Part shown: positions 18,292 to 27,534 of the stretch, piece after piece | Position numbering within the stretch: position 1 is the stretch's first letter | Layout: each line of letters starts with the position of its first letter | From: an uncultured Atribacterota bacterium | GTDB taxonomy: Bacteria > Atribacterota > Phoenicimicrobiia > Phoenicimicrobiales > Stramentimicrobiaceae | Direction: 5' to 3' | Length of the DNA stretch: 41,366 bases | Assembly: GCA_964586485.1 (NCBI GenBank) | Contig: CAZPII010000001.1 | Coordinates: forward strand, 68,334-109,699 | The notes under the pieces: model-generated | Database searches by the model: none | What the model was told of the DNA's origin: nothing | The model's input: the letters and a program-made list of their open reading frames with translations, nothing else | Made by a program: the position numbers and the translations under genes

Positions 18292-19155
18292 ATGAGAATT
18301 TATTTTAGTAGCGGGGTTATAGAGCGCCACACTTATGCTTTAAAAAAATGCAAAGTTAAAAATGGTCTTTTTAGTTATTTATTTATATTAAAAAGACCAG
18401 AATGCTTTAGTGAAACTGATTTTAAAAGCGTTATGGTTGATTCGGGCGCATATACATTTCTTGCTAATCCTAAAGAGATGGAGAAAAAATTTAAAACTAG
18501 GAATTCAAAAAGAGCATTATATAAATTTGTTGAAGAATATGTTCAATGGCTCTATGATAATACAGATAAATATGAATATGCTGTTGAGGTTGATTTATAT
18601 GATGCTTTTGGTGAAGATTTTATTTTTAGACTACATGAGGAATTTTTTAAACCATTTCAGAGGGATACAGGTAAAGAAGTTATTTTCGTTATGCAGGAAA
18701 GGGGTTTATCAGATTGGAATAAGCTCATTAAAGACCCTGAGATCAAATTTCTTGGTATTGGTAGTACCAATTCTTTATCGGTAAAAAATTATGTTTATTG
18801 GGTTTCAAAATGTATAAAATATAATAAAAAAGTTCATGGGTTTGCTATTACTAATTTAAAATATTTGTTAAGAATTCCTTTTTATAGTGTTGATTCTACA
18901 ACTTGGATGTCAAGTGATAAATATGGTGAACATTTCTTTTTTGATAAAAAAAACATGAAAATAAGAAGAATTTATTCTAGGAAGCCTGAATTACTTATTA
19001 AATATTACCCTCAAATGGCTGAAGATTATTCATTGCAGGAGTTAAAAGTAAAATATAAAAATGATGCCAGACTTTGTTTTGCTATTAAACAATTTCAAGA
19101 GGTTGAAGACTTTTGTACTGATATGTGGAAAAGAAAAGGTATTGATTATGACTGA
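18292..19155 (+). CDS. dpdA: DpdA-family (TGT-like) DNA 7-deazaguanine transglycosylase
   Basis: VMVDSGAYTF (TGT/DpdA DSG motif), KVHGFAIT and FYSVDSTTWMSSDKYG (DS-x-x-W motif). Located in the queD/E/C-folE cluster. Confidence 0.75.
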   Translation: MRIYFSSGVIERHTYALKKCKVKNGLFSYLFILKRPECFSETDFKSVMVDSGAYTFLANPKEMEKKFKTRNSKRALYKFVEEYVQWLYDNTDKYEYAVEVDLYDAFGEDFIFRLHEEFFKPFQRDTGKEVIFVMQERGLSDWNKLIKDPEIKFLGIGSTNSLSVKNYVYWVSKCIKYNKKVHGFAITNLKYLLRIPFYSVDSTTWMSSDKYGEHFFFDKKNMKIRRIYSRKPELLIKYYPQMAEDYSLQELKVKYKNDARLCFAIKQFQEVEDFCTDMWKRKGIDYD

Positions 19156-19432
19156 TGCTATTTTAAACATTATAAAAGAAAAGGTGACAGTTAAAATATA
19201 TGAATTTATTAAATTTAAAAAATTAGATAAGAAACAACATAAATTTTATGAAGCAACTAGTGAATTTATTAGTTCATTATCTGATCTTAATAACGAGTAT
19301 AAATATAATATTTATTTAGATTTGACATTTCAAAAAGTTGAAAAATTAAAAAATGGCATCCTTTTAGTTCATATTGATACCGATGATCCATATTTAATAA
19401 AATATTTAGAAGGCTTTGAGATAAATATTTAG
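19148..19432 (+). CDS. hypothetical protein
   Basis: ATG at 19148 (MTDAILNIIKEK...) overlaps the dpdA stop by 8 nt. The longer 19061 start would lie deep inside dpdA. Confidence 0.5.
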   Translation: MTDAILNIIKEKVTVKIYEFIKFKKLDKKQHKFYEATSEFISSLSDLNNEYKYNIYLDLTFQKVEKLKNGILLVHIDTDDPYLIKYLEGFEINI

Positions 19433-19434
19433 TA

Positions 19435-19464
19435 TTGACTATTATATTATTAATAAGTTAAAAT
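19435..19464 (+). promoter_or_regulatory. sigma-70-like promoter TTGACT-N18-TAAAAT
   Basis: TTGACT at 19435-19440 and TAAAAT at 19459-19464, followed by GGAGG at 19472-19476 and the TTG start at 19486. Confidence 0.5.
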
Positions 19465-19485
19465 CTTTTTTGGAGGTAATTTTTT

Positions 19486-20232
19486 TTGGAAAAACCTATT
19501 AAGCTTTCGGATCGATTATTTATGGGCGTTATTGCGGTTAGTAATATACGGCCAAATAATTGGAATATAAATGTTCAAACCGAAAATACTTTTAATAAAT
19601 TAAAGCTTAGTGTTGATAAGCATGAAATGAATCAGACTTTAACCTTATTAAAAGATTATGATGAGGAAACTGATACTGAATATATTATCTTAAATGGTGA
19701 ACACAGATGGAAGGCAGCTAAGGATTTAGGTCTTGAACGTGTTCCTGCTGTTTTTTATGTCGACATGACGCCTGAAGAGGCTATTCAAATAACTTTAAAA
19801 TCTAATGAACTTAATGGTGATCCTGATATATATAAGTTACCTGAACGTTTGGAGCAAACAGGTTTAACTACGCAACAAATATTAGAAGAGTTTGAATGGA
19901 CTAAATCAGAGTTAGAAAATATATTTAGTATTTCTGATACTATAAATGATGAAGAATTTGTTATGCCTGAAACTGAAATGTCAGATGAGGAAGAAGAGCT
20001 TTTAGATGCTGAAAACAGATCAAAAGTAAGATTATCTTTTATGCTTGATCAGAAACAGTTTAATGAATTTTATGATTTAAAAAGAAAACTTGAATGCCTG
20101 ACTGATGATGATGCTTTTATTAGAATTTGTATGATATGCAAGCAAACTTTGAATAAAAATAAGAACAAAGTTAAAATAAAAGATGATATCGAATCCAATA
20201 ATGAATCTCGCAGGAGAAAAATAATTGAATAA
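19486..20232 (+). CDS. ParB/Srx-fold (ParB N-terminal nuclease-like domain) protein 1
   Basis: IILNGEHRWKAAKDLGLERVPAVF is the ParB GxxR box. Acidic linker (ETEMSDEEEELLD). TTG start after GGAGG. Confidence 0.7.
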   Translation: MEKPIKLSDRLFMGVIAVSNIRPNNWNINVQTENTFNKLKLSVDKHEMNQTLTLLKDYDEETDTEYIILNGEHRWKAAKDLGLERVPAVFYVDMTPEEAIQITLKSNELNGDPDIYKLPERLEQTGLTTQQILEEFEWTKSELENIFSISDTINDEEFVMPETEMSDEEEELLDAENRSKVRLSFMLDQKQFNEFYDLKRKLECLTDDDAFIRICMICKQTLNKNKNKVKIKDDIESNNESRRRKIIE

Positions 20233-20881
20233 AAAAATAGAATCTATTTCTATAAAGAATATTAAACCTAATAATTGGAATCCTAATGGTTTTAGTGAAT
20301 CTAGATTTAAAAAATTAATTAAAAGTATTGAAAAAGATGGCTTAATTAATCCGATTGTTGTTTATGATAATGATAAACAATTTGTTATTGTTGACGGAGA
20401 ACATCGTTTTAAAGCTTTTAAAGCTTTAAATAAGAAAAAGATTGATTGTTATGCCTTGGGCAAATTAGAGACACATGAAGCCCAAAGGCTTAATTATGTT
20501 TTGAATAAATTAAAAGGTGATACAGAAAATGAAGAAAAAGATTTTGAAATTATAACTAATCTTTTAGATAATTATGAATTAGAAGAGTTACTTAAAACCC
20601 TTCCTTATTCTGAGATTGAATTACAACAATATTTAGATGAGAAATTTGAAGATTTTGATGAAGAATCTGTTGCTAATGAATTAGATTCTGAGCCAGATGA
20701 ACCAAATATAAATATGGATAAAGTTGAAGATAAAAAGAATATTGTTAAGTTTTCAATTTCAGATGATGATTATACTGACTTTTGGCTTCAAATAGTTACA
20801 TTGTTTGATTCTGATGTTTCTAAAGATTCTATTTTTGTTGAAATATGTCGATCATATTTAGAGGTTATTGACGAAGGTTAA
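20225..20881 (+). CDS. ParB/Srx-fold protein 2 (paralog)
   Basis: IKNIKPNNWNPN and IVDGEHRFKAFKALNKKKIDCY parallel protein 1 (IRPNNWNIN, LNGEHRWKAAKDLG). Acidic linker. TTG start overlaps the upstream stop. Confidence 0.65.
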   Translation: MNKKIESISIKNIKPNNWNPNGFSESRFKKLIKSIEKDGLINPIVVYDNDKQFVIVDGEHRFKAFKALNKKKIDCYALGKLETHEAQRLNYVLNKLKGDTENEEKDFEIITNLLDNYELEELLKTLPYSEIELQQYLDEKFEDFDEESVANELDSEPDEPNINMDKVEDKKNIVKFSISDDDYTDFWLQIVTLFDSDVSKDSIFVEICRSYLEVIDEG

Positions 20882-20911
20882 TAAGCTTCCTTGAATATCT
20901 TTTACTCTGCA

Positions 20912-20944
20912 ATACACTTGAAAAATATCAAGTGTATTTTTTTT
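20912..20944 (+). terminator. Rho-independent terminator
   Basis: 10-bp perfect stem ATACACTTGA (20912-20921) / TCAAGTGTAT (20928-20937), 6-nt loop, then a run of 8 T. Confidence 0.8.
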
Positions 20945-21001
20945 AATAATACTGAGATTTATAATATAATTAATATATGTATTACGAAATAGGAGTGATT
21001 T

Positions 21002-22036
21002 ATGAGTAAAGGTAAGCAAATACAAACTTTAGAACTGGTTGAAAAAGAATCATATTGTAAAAAAAATGTAAGGCTTAATCAGCTTGCTGATGCCTTGTAT
21101 GAAGATAAGAAAAGAAAAGTTGATTTCATATCAACTATAAACAAAAATAACCTTGTTGTAAAACAAGATCATTTAGGTGTTTGGAATGATGATAAAGGCC
21201 ATTTTGAAGATTTAAAAATGACCCAGACTGGTTTGCGTGGGTTATGTCAAAATTTAGATATACCTTATAGATTTTTAGAGGATGTTCCGCCTGATTTAGC
21301 TAGTGATATTATTAAATTCAGAGCCGACCAATATGAGGGTAAACGCCTGCTTTTTAGAACTGATGAAGTCGTAGTTTTAAATTCAGTTCATTCTAGGAAC
21401 TACGTTGTTTACGATAATCATGATTTAATAGATGATAGTTTTGATAAACTCAAGAAAATAAATAAAAAGATCCATAATATAAATGTTACCCCTGAGAGAC
21501 TTTATTTAAAAATGTTACTTGGTTCAGAAGATGATAATGAAGAACTAAGATCAGGCTTGGTTTTGAGTAACAGTGAAATAGGGATGGGAAGCATACAGGT
21601 TTTACCTTTTATATTTAGGCTTCCTTGCACAAATGATGCTACGTTTCATCAGAATATTTTTAAGAAGAAACATTTTGGATCCAATAGTAGGTCAGATATA
21701 TTAGATAATATAAGTAATGTTATTGATAGTGCTTTAGAAAAATCAGAAAAAGAGAAACAATTTCTTTATGAATTAAGAAGGAAACAAATAAAATTCCCTA
21801 TTAATTTTATTGATAATTTAAATGCGTCTTTATTAAACATACCAAAACATCAATCAATTGATATCAAAGATGCATTCAGAATTGAGCCTGAGAATAATTT
21901 ATTTGGTGTTTTTAATGCGTATACTCGCTACGCTCAACAATTACCAGTTGATAAAAGAATTAAAATGGAGCAAATAGCGACAAAAATATCAAAACTAAGA
22001 AATACAAAGGTATTTGATTATGAAGAAATTTATTGA
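21002..22036 (+). CDS. DUF932-like phage/plasmid protein, putative
   Basis: LVLSNSEIGMGSIQVLPFIFRLPCTNDA resembles the DUF932 core (NS-x-x-G-x-x-S ... R-x-x-C-x-N). GGAG RBS. First gene after the terminator. Confidence 0.4.
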   Translation: MSKGKQIQTLELVEKESYCKKNVRLNQLADALYEDKKRKVDFISTINKNNLVVKQDHLGVWNDDKGHFEDLKMTQTGLRGLCQNLDIPYRFLEDVPPDLASDIIKFRADQYEGKRLLFRTDEVVVLNSVHSRNYVVYDNHDLIDDSFDKLKKINKKIHNINVTPERLYLKMLLGSEDDNEELRSGLVLSNSEIGMGSIQVLPFIFRLPCTNDATFHQNIFKKKHFGSNSRSDILDNISNVIDSALEKSEKEKQFLYELRRKQIKFPINFIDNLNASLLNIPKHQSIDIKDAFRIEPENNLFGVFNAYTRYAQQLPVDKRIKMEQIATKISKLRNTKVFDYEEIY

Positions 22037-23024
22037 TTTAAAGGAGCAATTTTATAAGAAAACATTCGCTGATAATAAAATGATGGTGGCGTATAATAAT
22101 AAAGCCACCATCATTACTGATAATTTTGAATATGAAAAGATAAAAGACGTTACTCATGACAAATATTCGACTGATTTAGTTTGCTATACGCCTATTACTT
22201 GCATGATTAACAAAGATAAGTTTGTTTCAGCTTTAGAGTTTTTGTCTAATATTGTAAGAAAATATAGAAATACAGACGATAAAATTTTTTCTAACATTTA
22301 TTTTTTAACAGATAGAGATGGATTAACTATACTTTGTTTTACAGAGGATAAAATTTATCATTATTATTTCAGATGCAAGATATATAATAATAAAAGTTAT
22401 TGTATATCTTTTAAAGATTCTAGGCTACTAATTAAATATATTAATAAATATTTAAAATCTTGTAAAACTTTAAATTTATGGTGTTCTAGTGAATATGTTA
22501 GTATATCTAATAATAATTTTGGTAAATGTTTACAAGATGCCGATATTATGTTTCATTTTAAGAAAAATAGTTATTCTTATATTATTGATAATAATTTAAA
22601 GTATTTTAAAAGATATAATAATATAGAATTTTATACCAATAGATATAATTTAATTAATATTTTAGAATCTTTTAATTGTAAGCCTTCGGTTTTATTTGTT
22701 AATCCTTATTCTAAAAAAATAGTATTTTATAAGATAAATGCCTCCCTTGAACTTTTAGGTTATTCTGATATTAAAATTTTTAGAAGATTACCTATAGATA
22801 ATAATTATAAAATATTATATGTTTATAATTTATCATATCTTTTAGAATCGTTATATACATTTGAAAATAAAGATATTATGATATCGTATAATTTTAATTC
22901 TTCTTTTACCCCTATAAACTTGATTGATAATCATATATGTTCTATAATGCCTATGAAGCTTGGACTAGATCAGTTGGATAAATTTTCTAGTAAGTTTTTT
23001 AGTAGATATTATAAAACAGGGTAA
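22020..23024 (+). CDS. divergent DNA polymerase sliding clamp (beta-clamp-like), putative
   Basis: About 335 aa, which is three-domain clamp size. The C-terminal ICSIMPMKLG resembles the conserved DnaN C-terminal MPMR(L) motif. Weak overall. Confidence 0.35.
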   Translation: MKKFIDLKEQFYKKTFADNKMMVAYNNKATIITDNFEYEKIKDVTHDKYSTDLVCYTPITCMINKDKFVSALEFLSNIVRKYRNTDDKIFSNIYFLTDRDGLTILCFTEDKIYHYYFRCKIYNNKSYCISFKDSRLLIKYINKYLKSCKTLNLWCSSEYVSISNNNFGKCLQDADIMFHFKKNSYSYIIDNNLKYFKRYNNIEFYTNRYNLINILESFNCKPSVLFVNPYSKKIVFYKINASLELLGYSDIKIFRRLPIDNNYKILYVYNLSYLLESLYTFENKDIMISYNFNSSFTPINLIDNHICSIMPMKLGLDQLDKFSSKFFSRYYKTG

Positions 23025-23028
23025 TTTA

Positions 23029-23814
23029 ATGACTTCAGGTAAAAGAAAACTTCATGAAACTGAGAAGATTAAAAATCTAGTATTTAGAGAATATGCGACT
23101 ACAAGTAAAACTATAACTCAGATAGCTAGAGAATTTAAGGTTCCCAAGCATTTATTGTATTCTTGGAAAAGAAAGAATCAACCTGATGACTGGGAAGCCT
23201 CTAGGCTCGCGAAAAAGGGCAAATTACCTTCCCTTGATGATGTTCAGCTTTCTGATAGCGAAATGCTTCGTGTACGCAATGTCGATAGGCTTTTGAGACT
23301 TAGTGATAGAAATTATTCTAATTTTGTTCTTATTTTTAATCATTTAAATGAAAAATTAACTAATTATTATAAAAATGACAAGTTTAAAAATTTTACAATT
23401 AAAGATTATGATAACTTTTTTAAACTTGTTAATCTCATTAATAATATATTAGATAAACTTTATGCTGTTTCAATGCCAGATCCAAAAGGCTATATGCTTG
23501 TTAACGATGTAGAGTTTATGATTGGTATGTTTTTTAAGCATGTTTTAAATCTTATAACTAATCATCCAGAATTACCTCCTGATATTAAAGTTGATTTGGT
23601 CAAATCTATTACTAATTATGCTGATTCTCAGAAAGATAATCTTAATAGAAGAAAAGATCTTAATATACTGACAATTGAGCAGGGGCGAGAGTTGATTCTA
23701 AAACAAGCTCAGGAACATAAGATGAAAAAAGATCAGGAAAGAAAATTAATTGAAGATAAAATAAAGAAGCATTTTGAAGAAAAAGAAACCGGCCGGAGAC
23801 ATAAAGTTGACTAA
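23029..23814 (+). CDS. terminase small subunit, putative (N-terminal HTH)
   Basis: ITQIAREFKVPKHLLYSWKRK HTH, followed by a helical region. It sits immediately upstream of, and overlaps, the large terminase. Confidence 0.45.
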   Translation: MTSGKRKLHETEKIKNLVFREYATTSKTITQIAREFKVPKHLLYSWKRKNQPDDWEASRLAKKGKLPSLDDVQLSDSEMLRVRNVDRLLRLSDRNYSNFVLIFNHLNEKLTNYYKNDKFKNFTIKDYDNFFKLVNLINNILDKLYAVSMPDPKGYMLVNDVEFMIGMFFKHVLNLITNHPELPPDIKVDLVKSITNYADSQKDNLNRRKDLNILTIEQGRELILKQAQEHKMKKDQERKLIEDKIKKHFEEKETGRRHKVD

Positions 23815-25633
23815 TAAGCTTTTTGAATATGATAAATATTATGAAAAAGATCCTAATAATTATGACGGTATTAATTTTAGCAGCATGTTGGGTGGTGAAT
23901 CACTTGATGTTGACGAGTATTCAAAGATTTGTTTAAATGAAATTAGGAAGCAAAAGGATAAAATTAAAAAACCAAAAAAAGCTACAGAATTTGAATATCA
24001 ACCAGTTGACATTCAACAATTTATAGAAGATAAAAACTATTTAAATTTAAATAAAGAGATCAGGCCTTGTATAAAAAAAGATTTATTAACCTTATTCGAT
24101 GGAAAACCATTTGATTGGCCATATGATGAGGCTATATTTTACGAAGCCATTGGAACGGGTAAATCTTGGCGTGCTGCTATAACCAGTATATTTTATGCTT
24201 ATAATTTATTATGTCTATATTCCCCCTGTGCTCGCTTTGGCTTATCAGAAGGCACTAATATACTAATAATTAATAGCTCTATTAATGCTGATAACGCTAA
24301 AAGGGTTATTTTTAATGAAATAGTCGAGAAGATAAAAAGATGTAAATGGTTTAGGGATCATTATTTACCTGATGAGGCCAGTAGGGGTGTAATTAAATTT
24401 GATTCAACACCTCACATGAAGCGATATGATATGGGTAGGATATATAAAAACCTGCTTATATTTTCAGGAACTTCACTATCAACAACTATTGCTGGATATG
24501 CTTTAATTTGTGGTACCATTGATGAAGCAACATTATATCCTGTTAATCAATATAAAGATCCGGCTGAAGATTTAAGGCGACACATGCGTACTCGTATCAA
24601 ATCTCGCTTTGGGCCTCATGGTCTTTTGGTTATGTGTGGGTCACCTCAATATACTGATGATTTCCTTGATCGTAAAATTAAAGAATTAAAAAATAGAAAG
24701 AAAGTCCTAATAATTAAAGACAGGTCCATATGGGAAGCAGTTCCGCCAAAACATGATAATGTTTTTTGGTTTGATACTGAAACATATGCTATATATGAAG
24801 ATAAAAATTTAATTAAATTAACACCTGATAATATCTTGCCAAAAAAAATAATTGAAATACCAACTGATTATTATGATGATTTTAAAGATTCACCAACTAC
24901 AGCCAAAAAAGATTTAGCCGGCATAGGGTTGTCTTCTAGTGAGCCTATTTTTGGGCTTAATACATATAAAATACTTGAAAACTGTAATAGAGATAGAACT
25001 AATCCTGTTAACGAAGATAATACAAACGCTGATGCTAGTTGTATCTTCCATCCAGATTTAACTTGGCTTAATAGTGAAGGCGAATGTATTGATGAGTTTT
25101 CTTATTTTACAATTCACTGTGATCTTGGTATAGTTGGTGACGCAGCGTCAATGGCTATGTCGCATTTGCTTGGACTTGATATTAATGGGAATCCAATTGC
25201 CAAAATTGATTTTATTTATAGATTTGAGCCTTCTATTAGAAATAAATTTACAATATCTTTATTTAGGAAAATGATATATTATTTGTCTTCCAGAGGGTTT
25301 CCTATAGTTTTAGTTACTTATGATGGGTTCCAATCGGAAGATAGTATTCAAATTTTAAAACAAAAAGGCTTTAATGCACAAAGGCATTCGGTTGATAAAG
25401 ATATTACAGGTTATTCTTTATTAGTTGACTATATACTGGAAAATAGATTAGACTATCCTTATCATTATCATTTTATTACCGAATGTGAAAGATTAGAGTT
25501 AAATGCTAAAACCAGAAAAGTTGATCATCCGGAAAAGGGCTCTAAAGATTGCGCCGATGCTGTTGCTGGCTCTTTGAGGAATTTAAAGGTTATTTTAGAT
25601 GATGTAGGCGAGGATTATTTTTATGACGATTAA
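23774..25633 (+). CDS. terL: terminase large subunit
   Basis: Walker A AIGTGKSW and Walker B LICGTIDEA. Nuclease acidic motifs HCDLGIVGDAAS, VTYDGFQSED and KDCADAVAG. The start is uncertain: TTG at 23774 overlaps terS, and the first in-frame ATG is near 23885. Confidence 0.9.
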   Translation: MKKKKPAGDIKLTNKLFEYDKYYEKDPNNYDGINFSSMLGGESLDVDEYSKICLNEIRKQKDKIKKPKKATEFEYQPVDIQQFIEDKNYLNLNKEIRPCIKKDLLTLFDGKPFDWPYDEAIFYEAIGTGKSWRAAITSIFYAYNLLCLYSPCARFGLSEGTNILIINSSINADNAKRVIFNEIVEKIKRCKWFRDHYLPDEASRGVIKFDSTPHMKRYDMGRIYKNLLIFSGTSLSTTIAGYALICGTIDEATLYPVNQYKDPAEDLRRHMRTRIKSRFGPHGLLVMCGSPQYTDDFLDRKIKELKNRKKVLIIKDRSIWEAVPPKHDNVFWFDTETYAIYEDKNLIKLTPDNILPKKIIEIPTDYYDDFKDSPTTAKKDLAGIGLSSSEPIFGLNTYKILENCNRDRTNPVNEDNTNADASCIFHPDLTWLNSEGECIDEFSYFTIHCDLGIVGDAASMAMSHLLGLDINGNPIAKIDFIYRFEPSIRNKFTISLFRKMIYYLSSRGFPIVLVTYDGFQSEDSIQILKQKGFNAQRHSVDKDITGYSLLVDYILENRLDYPYHYHFITECERLELNAKTRKVDHPEKGSKDCADAVAGSLRNLKVILDDVGEDYFYDD

Positions 25634-27416
25634 TCAAGAATTAGATTATGATAATGTATCTGAACTAGAAATTGTTACTATTGAGCCTGTTAGTGCTTTT
25701 AATAGCTTATTTGATGAATGCGTTAAGCAAATTGATGAAGTCTCAACTAATAAAGCTTTGGAAAAATCTAAACAAATAAAAGATGAATTTTGTGGCTTAA
25801 TGCATGACATTATTGAACCTTTTTACGATATGAGCCATTTAATCACTATGGCTACTAAAAATACTCGCTTAATGAGATTGATTAAAGTTAAATCACGTAA
25901 TATTGCTGGCCTTGGTTATAATATCGTTTCTAAAAAAACAAAAGATCAGTTAAAATTAGCTGAAGAACGTGGTGAGATTAATTTAGAAAAAGAATTAATT
26001 AAAATTGAAGAAGAGAAGAAAATTGCAGAAGAATTTTTTGATAATTGTAATGATGAGCTCCCAATCACTAGTATTCTTTATAGAACTAGAATCTCAAGAG
26101 AGCAGTGTGGTAATGCATTTTTAGAGATAACAAGAGATTTAGAAGGTAATTTAGCTTCGCTTTATTTTGTTAACCCAAGTACAATTAGAATAAGAGTAGA
26201 TCCTGAAACCGGTGAACAAATTGGTTTTATTCAAAAGAAAAATGGCAAAATTAGATATTTTAAAAAGTTTGGCGACACTGATATCTGGGACGCTGTTAAT
26301 GGAAAGAATATTAGTGAAGAAAAAAGAGAAAAAGAAAAAAGCAGGCAGCCTAATGAAGATTTAATAGATGATGCCGATAACTATCCCTTTTTTAACGACA
26401 ATACAAAAGATCAATACAGAGAAGAAGATTTAGATCAAGGCGAATTTGATATTGGATTTGATAGGCGCGCTAGTGAAATGATTCATTTTGCTGAATTTAG
26501 TTTGGAAGATGATTTTTATGGTGTCCCTGTATGGGTGTCATCTGTTAAAGCTGTGTTAGGTAATTGGAATGCATCTACAAGGAATTTAGCGTTTTTTGAA
26601 AACGATGGGACGCCAAGAAATTTAATTGTGATTTCTGGTGGTCGTGTTTCTGATTCAACAAAAACTGAATTACAAGAATTTATTAATTCTAAAGGTAAAA
26701 ATCCCAGAAATGCTCATAGAAGTTGTATTATTCAATTAAAGAAAATTTATGACGCCGGGTCAGTACCTGAAGTTAAATTTATCCCTATAACAGTTGGTAA
26801 AGATGAAGATTATACACATTCTAAATATATTTATAACAATAATGAAGAAATAAGGGAATCTTTTGGTTTTGCTAAGGTTTTTCTTGGGACCTCAGATGAT
26901 GTTAACAGAGCTACAGCCTTAATAACGCGTCAAGTTACAAATCAGCAGGAAATTGAACCAGAGGCAAAAGAAGATGAGTTTGTTATAAATAAAAAACTTA
27001 TAGAAAAAGGGCTTGGTTTAACAAGAGTTAAATTTCAACTTAAAAGACCTGATGTCTCTGATGACCTTGATACCGCTTTGACTTATGGGAATCTTTCTAA
27101 TATTGGTGCGGTAACACCTAATGAGATAAGACAAGAATTTGGTTATGAAGAGTATCCAGAATCAGAATCTTGGGCCAATGTTCCGTTCCCTATAACGTTA
27201 AAATCTATTGTTTCAGGTAATAGAACCAGTGGCAAAACTAATGTCAGTAGCGGAACTAATACTGGCGAAAGAGAGCAGGATATAGAGAACGATTCTGTAG
27301 ATGAAAAACCTGAAGGTAGGTCGACTAATTCTTTGTCAGATCAAATTTTTATTAATAAAGTAGATGCTGAATTACAAAGGCGGCAAGAGAAAAAAATATA
27401 TAAAGAGTTCTTTTAA
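25623..27416 (+). CDS. portal protein
   Basis: 597-aa ORF overlapping the terL stop. It has the size, position and acidic/low-complexity C-terminal tail typical of portals. Segments such as GNAFLEITRD and FFENDGTPR resemble portal families by eye. Confidence 0.7.
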   Translation: MTINQELDYDNVSELEIVTIEPVSAFNSLFDECVKQIDEVSTNKALEKSKQIKDEFCGLMHDIIEPFYDMSHLITMATKNTRLMRLIKVKSRNIAGLGYNIVSKKTKDQLKLAEERGEINLEKELIKIEEEKKIAEEFFDNCNDELPITSILYRTRISREQCGNAFLEITRDLEGNLASLYFVNPSTIRIRVDPETGEQIGFIQKKNGKIRYFKKFGDTDIWDAVNGKNISEEKREKEKSRQPNEDLIDDADNYPFFNDNTKDQYREEDLDQGEFDIGFDRRASEMIHFAEFSLEDDFYGVPVWVSSVKAVLGNWNASTRNLAFFENDGTPRNLIVISGGRVSDSTKTELQEFINSKGKNPRNAHRSCIIQLKKIYDAGSVPEVKFIPITVGKDEDYTHSKYIYNNNEEIRESFGFAKVFLGTSDDVNRATALITRQVTNQQEIEPEAKEDEFVINKKLIEKGLGLTRVKFQLKRPDVSDDLDTALTYGNLSNIGAVTPNEIRQEFGYEEYPESESWANVPFPITLKSIVSGNRTSGKTNVSSGTNTGEREQDIENDSVDEKPEGRSTNSLSDQIFINKVDAELQRRQEKKIYKEFF

Positions 27417-27444
27417 TCTGTTATTGTTTAATTTAATTTATGTT

Positions 27445-27476
27445 AAAAACCTTATTATTAATAAGGTTTTTGTTTT
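27445..27476 (+). terminator. Rho-independent terminator
   Basis: AAAAACCTTATTA / TAATAAGGTTTTT inverted repeat (27445-27471) followed by a T-rich tract. Confidence 0.7.
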
Positions 27477-27534
27477 ATAACACTGATTAATGTTATATAA
27501 TTAATGTACGATTATACAAATAGTTTGAGGTTAT

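Noticed and set aside
19061-19147. Long N-terminal extensions of the ORF-track models at 19061, 22014, 33206, 34089, 35874 and 40092.
   Set aside because: The extensions overlap upstream genes or promoter-like elements. In-frame ATG/TTG codons with good RBSs exist at 19148, 22020, 33269, 34128, 35892 and 40149.
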